DNA of 64,000 nt, taken from the NCBI GenBank assembly GCA_002347485.1, contig DDXM01000037.1, forward strand, positions 16,502 through 80,501, in the 5' to 3' direction. Within the stretch, counting starts at the first letter, position 1, and each line of letters starts with the position of its first letter. This DNA comes from Anaerolineaceae bacterium UBA2260 (lineage in GTDB: Bacteria; Chloroflexota; Anaerolineae; Anaerolineales; Anaerolineaceae). Both the position numbers and the translations under genes were made by a program. The notes under the pieces were generated by a model that made no database searches, had not been told where the DNA came from, and was given only the letters and a program-made list of their open reading frames with translations. Shown one piece after another: positions 44,891 to 52,433 of the stretch.

Positions 44891-44931
44891 CACCGGCGCA
44901 TAAAACAAAAACCAATAATAACAATGTCGAA

Positions 44932-45735
44932 ATGGTGTGGAAAGCGGTGAGAAATACCGTCTACTATAAATTATTGATCAGAAAGGATGAAGCCTTCACT
45001 ACAAAGACCAAAGTGCTTGTCTACTCGGAGGGTACTGAGCTTCAAATCACTCGTTTGTTAGAGGATTTTCCTGATGGAAAATACTACTGGAAGGTGAAGG
45101 CGTTCTATGCTGGTGATGCCAAGAGCCTGTGGTCAGAGGTCCGGATCTTCAAAGTAGATTCTGTATCTCCTGCCGTGCCGAAGCTTTATAAACCCAACGA
45201 TAACAAATATAAGTTTTATTCCACCCCCACGTTATCCATCTACCCGGCGGCGGGGGCGAAGTATTATCACTACCAGGTTGCGACAGATAGCGCCTTCACA
45301 TCGTTCGCGGCGGAAAGCGACGACCTGGCGGGGCTTACCTGGACCGTGCCGGATGAGAAAGCGCTGAACTATGGCGAATATTTCTGGCGCGTGAAATCCA
45401 TCGACGCGGTCGGCAATGAGTCTGCCTGGTCTGATTGTCGCCGCTTGCTGATTAGCTTCCAAAAATTACCGAAAAATGGAACGATCACCACTAACACGAC
45501 ACCTACATTTGAATGGCTTGCAGTTACCGGCGCCGAAAACTACCAATTGGTGATATCGCACGATTTGCTGGAAGATCCGGGAGACATCATCTCTGGCAGC
45601 TTAGCCGGATTGACATCCTTTACGCTTCCAAAAGAAAACGAACTTGTGATCGGTAATCACTGGTGGAAGATGATCGTGACTGTTAGCGGCGAGGAATATC
45701 ACACACCCTGGAGCCTGTTGACGATCACCTCCTGA
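44932..45735 (+). CDS. Three FN3-like YYW(K/R)V modules; no signal peptide, possibly the surviving tail of the decayed upstream gene
   Basis: Three ~85-aa modules end in KYYWKVKAFYAGDAKSLWSEVRIFKV, EYFWRVKSIDAVGNESAWSDCRRLLI and NHWWKMIVTVSGEEYHTPWSLLTI. The same frame is open upstream of the ATG (..LLISPAHKTKTNNNNVE-MVWKAV), and that stretch matches the beginning of a module. Confidence 0.5.
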   Translation: MVWKAVRNTVYYKLLIRKDEAFTTKTKVLVYSEGTELQITRLLEDFPDGKYYWKVKAFYAGDAKSLWSEVRIFKVDSVSPAVPKLYKPNDNKYKFYSTPTLSIYPAAGAKYYHYQVATDSAFTSFAAESDDLAGLTWTVPDEKALNYGEYFWRVKSIDAVGNESAWSDCRRLLISFQKLPKNGTITTNTTPTFEWLAVTGAENYQLVISHDLLEDPGDIISGSLAGLTSFTLPKENELVIGNHWWKMIVTVSGEEYHTPWSLLTITS

Positions 45736-45773
45736 TCCTACTTTTCTTCAGAGCAGTTTGTCATTAACAACAT

Positions 45774-45805
45774 GCCTGGTAGATTTTTCTACCGGGCGTT
45801 TAATT
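45774..45805. terminator. Hairpin terminator between convergent genes
   Basis: GCCTGGTAG (45774-45782) pairs with CTACCGGGC (45789-45797) with one G.U pair and the loop ATTTTT. It is followed by GTTTAATTT. Confidence 0.45.
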
Positions 45806-45822
45806 TGTGATGGCAGTAATGA

Positions 45823-47742
45823 TCACCAATGCCCGCTGGGGGTATTGGTAGGCGTGGGTGTATTGCTGGGGGTCGGCGTGTTGGTGATCGTGGGCGTCGC
45901 GTAGGTTCCCGTGGGGGTAATGGTCAGCGTACCGGTGGGGGTTTTGGTCGCGGTTGCTGTGGAGGTAGGCCGGGTGGGGCGGGGTGTTATTGTGGGGCGC
46001 GGCGTGGAGGTTGGAACCATGGTTGAAAACACGGGGATCCTGGCGGTATCGCCTTCGGAAATATCATAGATATAATCCACAGCGCCCTGGCAGGCGGGCT
46101 CAAGGTTGGTCGCCACGTGCAGCCAATCCAAAGGATCGCCGGCTTTCCATGTTCTGGCCATCGCAGTCCAAAGGCAGCCGGGTCCCGCGTTGTAGTTGAC
46201 CAACGTGAAGCGCCACAGATCCGTGTAACTGCTCATCAATCCGGAGGTCTGGCTGGTCAGGTTATAGAGCATGCGGTCCACTTGCGAGCAGTTGGCGACC
46301 AGGGTTTCGCCGAAGATCTGTACGCTATTATTCGCCTGTGTCAGGTCGATGCCCAGCGGGCAATCGGCGCAAGTCGCGTTCACCTCTTGCACCAGTACGG
46401 CGCGCAGGATCGACTTTTGACTCTCAGGTAACGTGCCGTAACCCTGGCGGCAGGTCGACTCGAGCAGGACCAGCGGGCAGAACTGGTTGTAAAAATCAGG
46501 GTTCCACAACAGCGTGGTGTCAGCGCCTTTTTCGGTGAGTTGTCCCAGACCGGCTTCTTCGATGTCGTGGTAAATACCCGGCCATAACTGGCTTTCGCGG
46601 GCAAACATGTTCTTCATCAACTGTGCCGGAATGCCAGTGTCCAGTGATGTGAGCATGATCTCTTCATCGAACTGGTTCTGCCACTCGACCAACGCCGCCG
46701 CAGCTTTTTCCACCCCGCACAGGTTAGCCGCGGTCGGGTAGTCAAGTCCACCGTTGGGACAATCACTGGCATCCACTTCACCACGCTGGATAAGCATGGC
46801 AGCCAGGTAATGCAGAGATAAGGAAGATGAGAGGTCAGAAATATTATTCGGCGTGCCCAGCCAGGCGGGAGCGCCTTCCACTGGCGGGAAGGATTGCCAG
46901 ATGCTGGCGCAGGCGCTGTGAGATTGACCACGCCATTGCGGGCTGACGATGTCAATGTAGTATCCCACATGCTGCGGGAGCTCAATTTGTTCTGAATTTT
47001 CACCCCAGGGTAACACCCTCAAGTAAGCCGTGTATTCCTCGGTCGTATCGCCAAAGCTTGATTCTCCTTTGAAGGTGAGCGTCACGCCGTGATCGCCAGT
47101 CGCATAGACTGGCAATTCGCAAACCTCACTCTCGCAGGAAAAACTTTTTCCGTCCAAAGTACCAGAAATTCGGATAATGCGCTCATTGGCGAGTTTTTCT
47201 TCGCCCGTGAGGATGATCTTCGGTTCACCTGCCCACTTATTCCCGGTGCCTTCGATCAAATTTCCCTTTATGGAAATCCATACTTCTGGTTTGGGGAGCG
47301 CTACCTGGATCTCGGTGGTGCCTGCCTGGCTCAGGTTCTTTTGCAAATAAAACCCGGAACAACCCGAGGTATCTGATCCATCTTCTGCGGCAGAGCAGGG
47401 TGGAGTAAGCACCCACGCCTCGTAAAGGGCGTAACCACAAATGTTCTGCATGTCCAGGGAAGTGGGAAATCCATCGTGGTCAAGGCTGAGCTGGCACGCG
47501 ACGGTATTGTTAGCCCAACGCACCAGCCACCACTCATGTTCTGTGGCGTCGACGGTGACCCAGGCCACGCGTTCGGGTTCCTCTTGCGCAGAAGCGGGTG
47601 AAACTGAATTGCGGGCAAGGTAAATTGCAAGCACGACCGACGTTAAAAGCAATAACGCTACCAGTGCTTTTCGATTCAACCGGTAAAAAACCCCACTCGA
47701 GTGCATTCGCAGAATAATGTTCCTAGCTAAGAAGGATAGCAT
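45823..47742 (-). CDS. Membrane-anchored lytic transglycosylase (SLT-domain) protein with a C-terminal Pro/Thr-rich tail
   Basis: The N-terminal anchor reads ALVALLLLTSVVLAIYLA. The SLT motifs appear in order: FARESQLWPG (catalytic Glu-Ser), EAGLGQLT and VNYNAGPG. The C-terminal ~70 aa are almost only P, T, S and N. Confidence 0.65.
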   Translation of the reverse strand: MLSFLARNIILRMHSSGVFYRLNRKALVALLLLTSVVLAIYLARNSVSPASAQEEPERVAWVTVDATEHEWWLVRWANNTVACQLSLDHDGFPTSLDMQNICGYALYEAWVLTPPCSAAEDGSDTSGCSGFYLQKNLSQAGTTEIQVALPKPEVWISIKGNLIEGTGNKWAGEPKIILTGEEKLANERIIRISGTLDGKSFSCESEVCELPVYATGDHGVTLTFKGESSFGDTTEEYTAYLRVLPWGENSEQIELPQHVGYYIDIVSPQWRGQSHSACASIWQSFPPVEGAPAWLGTPNNISDLSSSLSLHYLAAMLIQRGEVDASDCPNGGLDYPTAANLCGVEKAAAALVEWQNQFDEEIMLTSLDTGIPAQLMKNMFARESQLWPGIYHDIEEAGLGQLTEKGADTTLLWNPDFYNQFCPLVLLESTCRQGYGTLPESQKSILRAVLVQEVNATCADCPLGIDLTQANNSVQIFGETLVANCSQVDRMLYNLTSQTSGLMSSYTDLWRFTLVNYNAGPGCLWTAMARTWKAGDPLDWLHVATNLEPACQGAVDYIYDISEGDTARIPVFSTMVPTSTPRPTITPRPTRPTSTATATKTPTGTLTITPTGTYATPTITNTPTPSNTPTPTNTPSGHW

Positions 47743-47908
47743 AAAAGGAATAATTCGTAAATGGAGTATGGTGGAGCCCGGGACAGCCTGGATATTGTTT
47801 TTACATCAGACCTGGATTTATCATATACTGTTAATAAAAAGCGATGTACAATTAAAAAGTTCCGTAATTTGATCTATACTTTATCAATTAATCGAGAAGG
47901 GCGGGTGT

Positions 47909-49642
47909 TTGTATATGGACAACGATTTCGAGGAACGCAGCAGCCTGGAAAGCCTCCTGGATTACTCCCAAACGCTGTGGCGCTGGCTTTGGCTTTTGTT
48001 ATTGGTAGCCATCCTGGCTGGGGCAGTGGCGTATTTCATCTCTGACCAGCAACCGCGGGTCTACCAATCTTCATCGCAGGCGATTGTGAACGTCGTGTCT
48101 CGCTCGGATTACTATGACCCGTATACTGCCAATTATTCGAGCCAGCGCCTGGCTGAGACTTACGCCCAAACTATGGTGACTGAATCCCTTCTTCAGGCTG
48201 TTTCCGAAAAGTTAGGGTACCCGGTAACCGGAACAGTCAAAGCAACATCGGTGGAAAATTCCCCAATATTTACCGTGACCGTGACGGATTCCGATCCACA
48301 AAAAGCAGCGGATACGGCCAATGCCGTGGTTGCCGCTTTCGCGGAAAAGGTAGTCAGGGACCAATCCTCCAGGTTCCAGGAATTAAAATCCAGCCTTGAG
48401 GTCGAGATCGCGACGTTGGATGAAAAATTATCAGAGATCTATTATGAGTTATCCTTGCTCGAAATGAAAGACCGGGAATATCAGGAAGCGCTTAAGAGAA
48501 ATGCAGAACTTGAAAATGCCGGCCTCGAACCAGTAAATGTAGAAAAAGACCCCCAGGATTATGTCAAGAAGGCTGAACTTGAGTTGATCAAGTCACAGTA
48601 TCAGTCCAATCGCTCATCGTTATTTACGAACCTGCAATCCATCCGGCTAACCGAGGTACAGTCCGCAACCACGATCAGCCAATTAAACCAGGCGGTTCCA
48701 GTTTATGACCCGATCCAGCCTCAACCCATGAAGAGCGCTGGTCTGGCTGCCCTGGTGGGGTTCATGCTCGCGGCTGGCGTCGTGTTCACGGTCGCTTTCC
48801 TGGAAGACGAGATCCGTGACCCGAGCGAGATCACACACCGTTGGGGCGTACCCGTGATTGGCATTATTACCAATTTTGGCTCAGACGAAACCCCTTTGAT
48901 CACTATGAGCAAACCACGTTTACCTGTCTCCGAAGCTTTTCGCTCCTTACGCACCAACCTGCAGTTTAGTGGTATCGATTCTCCCTTAAAAACTTTGCTG
49001 GTAACCAGTCCATCACCTGCGGATGGGAAATCATCAGTGGCGGCCAACCTGGCGACTGTGTTGGCGCAAAATGATAAAAATGTGGTGGTGGTGGATGGGG
49101 ATATGCGCCGCCCCACCATCCACAAGATTTTCAAACTCTCCAATCGGCTGGGTCTGTCTGATTATTTTCTCCGCGCGCCGGAGAAGATGTCAGGTGTTGT
49201 GAAGAAAACCCCGGTGAACAATTTGAGCATTATTACTTCCGGCAGCCTGCCGCCCAATCCTTCAGAGCTGCTAAGTTCGACCAAAATGCGGGACGTGGTC
49301 ACACTACTGGCGAAGCATTTTGATATGGTGATCCTGGACTCTCCACCGCTTCTGGCAGTCACCGATGCGCTTGTGTTGACCAAGATCGTGGATGGAGTAA
49401 TCCTGGTTGTTGATCCGAAAAAGACTAAACGCGCCGGTATTCGTCAGGCAATCGAGCAATTGCAGCGGGTTGATGCCAGGTTGCTTGGCGTGGTGCTGAA
49501 CAATATCAAGATCAAACGATCGAGCTATTACTATAATCGAGAGTATTACTACAGCAAGCATTATGGTAAAACAGGTGGCGATTCGTCACCCGAGCAGGTG
49601 GAAGCATCAGATGAATCAGGAACCAGTCAAGGGAGAGAGTAA
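47909..49642 (+). CDS. Polysaccharide co-polymerase (Wzz-type) fused to a BY-tyrosine kinase (Wzc / CpsC-CpsD-like)
   Basis: The N-terminal TM and chain-length-determinant region with a coiled coil is followed by a second TM. Walker A is SPSPADGKSSVAANLA, Walker A' is VVVVDGDMRRP and Walker B is MVILDSPPL. A C-terminal Tyr cluster SSYYYNREYYYSKHY lies at 49520-49564. The start is either TTG 47909 or ATG 47915. Confidence 0.88.
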   Translation: MYMDNDFEERSSLESLLDYSQTLWRWLWLLLLVAILAGAVAYFISDQQPRVYQSSSQAIVNVVSRSDYYDPYTANYSSQRLAETYAQTMVTESLLQAVSEKLGYPVTGTVKATSVENSPIFTVTVTDSDPQKAADTANAVVAAFAEKVVRDQSSRFQELKSSLEVEIATLDEKLSEIYYELSLLEMKDREYQEALKRNAELENAGLEPVNVEKDPQDYVKKAELELIKSQYQSNRSSLFTNLQSIRLTEVQSATTISQLNQAVPVYDPIQPQPMKSAGLAALVGFMLAAGVVFTVAFLEDEIRDPSEITHRWGVPVIGIITNFGSDETPLITMSKPRLPVSEAFRSLRTNLQFSGIDSPLKTLLVTSPSPADGKSSVAANLATVLAQNDKNVVVVDGDMRRPTIHKIFKLSNRLGLSDYFLRAPEKMSGVVKKTPVNNLSIITSGSLPPNPSELLSSTKMRDVVTLLAKHFDMVILDSPPLLAVTDALVLTKIVDGVILVVDPKKTKRAGIRQAIEQLQRVDARLLGVVLNNIKIKRSSYYYNREYYYSKHYGKTGGDSSPEQVEASDESGTSQGRE

Positions 49643-50536
49643 TTGGCATTCTTCAAGGCTTCCAACGGCTCAACCGAACCATCGCAGAATAAGGGGAACG
49701 AAAACGGTTTCTGCCCATTTATTGGCTTTGCAGATGATCCTGAAACGGCGCTAGCTTACCCTTCACCCTCTAACTTTTGTTACCACAGCAAACCGATCGC
49801 TCCAGTAAGCTTAAACCACCAGCGAAAAGTCTGCCTTACGCTGGGATATGGATTTTGCCCTGTCTACCAAAACGAAACCCAAGAACCCTTACCCAGGGAA
49901 TTACGCGGTACATTACCCAGCAGGCATAAACCAAACACCCGGATTCCCTTCGTAATCCTTATTCTGGTAATACTGGCGGGTTGGATCGTTTTATCACTCC
50001 TGGGTATCATTCGTATCCCTGGTCTTTCTTTTCCACATGTAGCACGACAAGCCACAGCGACATTCGTGGAACCCACTCCACACGTGGTAGTCTTTATGCC
50101 TTCACCCACGGCTACTCCTGTTGCTACGACTCAACCTACCGCAACGGAAACGAAAGCTCTCGCTACTCCATTTTTACCTCACGCGATAGAAACCCCATTT
50201 GGAGATAATCCCAAGCTGGTCATCCATCAGGTCCAGGCAGGGGAGGGTTACATTTTCCTCGCTGAACGATTTGGCACGACGGTGGAAGCGATCAAAGCCC
50301 TCAATTATGAGTTGCCAGAGTCTCTTTGGGTAAATACTATCCTTGTCATCCCGATCAACACGGATTCGGTCGACGGGCTGCCGAAATTTTCTGTACGCGA
50401 GATCACCACGGAGGGGTTAACGATTGAAGATTATGCGCAGCAGATGCAACTGGATGCTGGTTTACTGAAACGTTATAATGCTCTGCCGGACGAGTACCTG
50501 CTCGAGATGGGCGAGTTGATCATCATTCCAAATTAA
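49643..50536 (+). CDS. Membrane-anchored protein: N-terminal four-Cys cytoplasmic motif, TM helix, Thr/Pro linker, two LysM domains
   Basis: The N-terminus reads FCPFIGFADDPETALAYPSPSNFCYH...QRKVCLTLGYGFCPVY. The TM helix reads IPFVILILVILAGWIVLSLLGII. The LysM-like segments are HQVQAGEGYIFLAERFGTTVEAIKALN...ILVIPIN and TIEDYAQQMQLDAGLLKRYNAL...GELIIIPN. The start is a TTG directly after the wzc stop and is uncertain. Confidence 0.6.
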   Translation: MAFFKASNGSTEPSQNKGNENGFCPFIGFADDPETALAYPSPSNFCYHSKPIAPVSLNHQRKVCLTLGYGFCPVYQNETQEPLPRELRGTLPSRHKPNTRIPFVILILVILAGWIVLSLLGIIRIPGLSFPHVARQATATFVEPTPHVVVFMPSPTATPVATTQPTATETKALATPFLPHAIETPFGDNPKLVIHQVQAGEGYIFLAERFGTTVEAIKALNYELPESLWVNTILVIPINTDSVDGLPKFSVREITTEGLTIEDYAQQMQLDAGLLKRYNALPDEYLLEMGELIIIPN

Positions 50537-50561
50537 GGTGGCTGAACAACCAGAAGCCTGA

Positions 50562-52127
50562 ATGCCGAATATCCTCTTTGTGTGCAGCGCCAATCGTTTC
50601 CGCTCTGTGATCGCAGCAGGTTATTTCAAGTCACTTATTCAAAGTTTGAAACTTCCTGGTGATTGGGAGATCGGTTCAGCGGGTATTTGGGCGAGCGATA
50701 GGGCTCAGCCGTTGCGAGAAGCTGTGGATTTTGCCAGATCCCGTGGTTTCAATATCACTTCCGAAACATCCAGAGAAATTAATGAAAACCTGGTCAATAC
50801 GGCCGACCTGATCATTGTGATGACCAGTGGGCAAAAAGAAGCGATCGAGAATGAATTCAACCAAACCGTTGGAAAAATAACCCTGTTGAGCGATATATGC
50901 GTCGGACAGGTTTTTGATATCCCGGACCCGGTTTCCTCACCGGAAGAGGACGCAAACATCATCGCGAGTGAGATTTGTGATCTACTGCGAGCTGGATTGC
51001 CAAGAATCCTCACGCGTGTAGGGGTTCCATCCTCCACGAAAATGATCGCTCAACTACCGAATGAATCTGTTATCAAAACCAACGATTCGCCAGTAGTGGC
51101 GCAAAAAAAGAAGCGCAGGTGGTGGATCCTCGTTCTGATCCTGCTCATTATCTGCGCAGCCGGATATTATTTCTGGACGAACCCGATTCTCGGTCGACAA
51201 TTGCCGCAATTCACCGGTGAAGCAATAAAAACCTTCACACCTTTACCAGCGGTGCAGACTGCGCTTTCCGGCAATACTACTTCGAGCACCCAGCAATCTC
51301 CTGTAATTGAAAATACACAGAAGGACATGGAAGGGGTAACAAAGAAATCACAAGCGGTTTGCGGACAGACCGAACCGATGATCATTCTGGCTTTGGGGAT
51401 CGATGAGGTTGAGCAGGCGGATGTGATCCGTCTTGTGCGCGTCGATTTCACCGAACGAAAAGTCCTGATACTTTCCATTCCGCGCGATTTCTGGGTGCCC
51501 ATACCGGGCTTGGAGCAGTACGATATCACCCAATTCCGTATCAACGCCGCGTATGGTTACGGTCAATATTTTGATGGACCAGGACAGGGAGTGGTCAAGT
51601 TTTCCGAGACCGTCTACTACAATTACGGGATAAACTTTGACCATTACGGGGCAGTCCATTTTGAGGTCTTTGAGCAAATGATTGATGCGATCGGCGGGGT
51701 GGATCTCTATCTCGACGGACCGATCGGGGCGTACGGGAGCGCTGGGTACCACCACATGAATGGCGCTGATGCGTTGTTGTTCGCTCGAGAAAGGAATTAT
51801 GACCAGGATGCCTACCGGATCCAGCGTCAATCGGTCATCATCGCCGCATTTATCGACAAATTAAAAAAACCTGATTACCTGCCGAAGATCCCTGCCCTGG
51901 CGGCGCAGATCATTCAGGATAAGGGAGTTGTGACTGATATCTCTTTGAGCGACGTGTATACCTTTGTTTGTTTCATCCAGGAGTTGAATGAGGACTCGAT
52001 TGTATTCATGGACATGCCGGTGGAAACATACACCCCGATGATCACCAATTTGGGGAGTTACATCAAAGTACCTAAACCTGAAGCGACCGTCTATATCCAG
52101 GACCTTATCCTGAACGGGAACTATTAG
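50562..52127 (+). CDS. Fusion protein: low-molecular-weight protein-tyrosine phosphatase, TM helix, LytR-CpsA-Psr (LCP) domain
   Basis: - aa 1-150: ILFVCSANRFRSVIAAGYF (the CX5R(S/T) P-loop) and VFDIPDP (the Asp loop).
- aa ~187-205: TM helix WWILVLILLIICAAGYYFW.
- aa ~265-440: ILALGIDE...ADVIRLVRVD...LSIPRDFWVPIPG...RINAAYGYG...INFDHYGAVHFEVFEQMIDAIGGVDL...MNGADALLFARER...YRIQRQ, matching LCP. Confidence 0.85.
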   Translation: MPNILFVCSANRFRSVIAAGYFKSLIQSLKLPGDWEIGSAGIWASDRAQPLREAVDFARSRGFNITSETSREINENLVNTADLIIVMTSGQKEAIENEFNQTVGKITLLSDICVGQVFDIPDPVSSPEEDANIIASEICDLLRAGLPRILTRVGVPSSTKMIAQLPNESVIKTNDSPVVAQKKKRRWWILVLILLIICAAGYYFWTNPILGRQLPQFTGEAIKTFTPLPAVQTALSGNTTSSTQQSPVIENTQKDMEGVTKKSQAVCGQTEPMIILALGIDEVEQADVIRLVRVDFTERKVLILSIPRDFWVPIPGLEQYDITQFRINAAYGYGQYFDGPGQGVVKFSETVYYNYGINFDHYGAVHFEVFEQMIDAIGGVDLYLDGPIGAYGSAGYHHMNGADALLFARERNYDQDAYRIQRQSVIIAAFIDKLKKPDYLPKIPALAAQIIQDKGVVTDISLSDVYTFVCFIQELNEDSIVFMDMPVETYTPMITNLGSYIKVPKPEATVYIQDLILNGNY

Positions 52128-52208
52128 TTGCCCATAACTGATAATTATCCAAGCGAGCGGTATTGGATATCGTAAATTTTCCAGCGCATACATTCCATCT
52201 ACGATTGG

Positions 52209-52236
52209 TTGACAATACCCACTCCCTTGTTATATG
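52209..52236 (+). promoter_or_regulatory. Candidate promoter TTGACA, 16-nt spacer, TGtTATATG with a long (~190 nt) leader before the 1418-aa gene
   Basis: TTGACA lies at 52209-52214 and TGT+TATATG at 52228-52236. Confidence 0.4.
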
Positions 52237-52433
52237 TTTTCTTTCAAGGGTGCTCGCGACCGGGTTTTCTTTTTTTATATTGTTCTGCTATATTTATCTT
52301 AATCTCCTAACAGAAATCCGCAAGATCAGGCATGAGCAAGGAAAATGGAGTAGCTGGTTTCTGAAAATCCGGCAATAATTTTCAAACTCGACTGTTATTA
52401 AAACCACTGGAACATCGACAAGGAGTCAATGAG

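Noticed and set aside
45830-46030. Repetitive-looking GC-rich DNA at the 3' end of the SLT gene and at 44500-44620.
   Set aside because: Both are explained by coding for Pro/Thr-rich low-complexity linkers, which produces imperfect codon-level repetition. Neither is a DNA-level satellite or mobile-element terminus.
52163-52378. 71-aa ORF in the long leader upstream of the 1418-aa gene.
   Set aside because: The translation is hydrophobic and odd, with no RBS. It spans the predicted promoter at 52209-52236. I retained the region as promoter plus 5' UTR. A leader peptide cannot be excluded, but nothing supports one.
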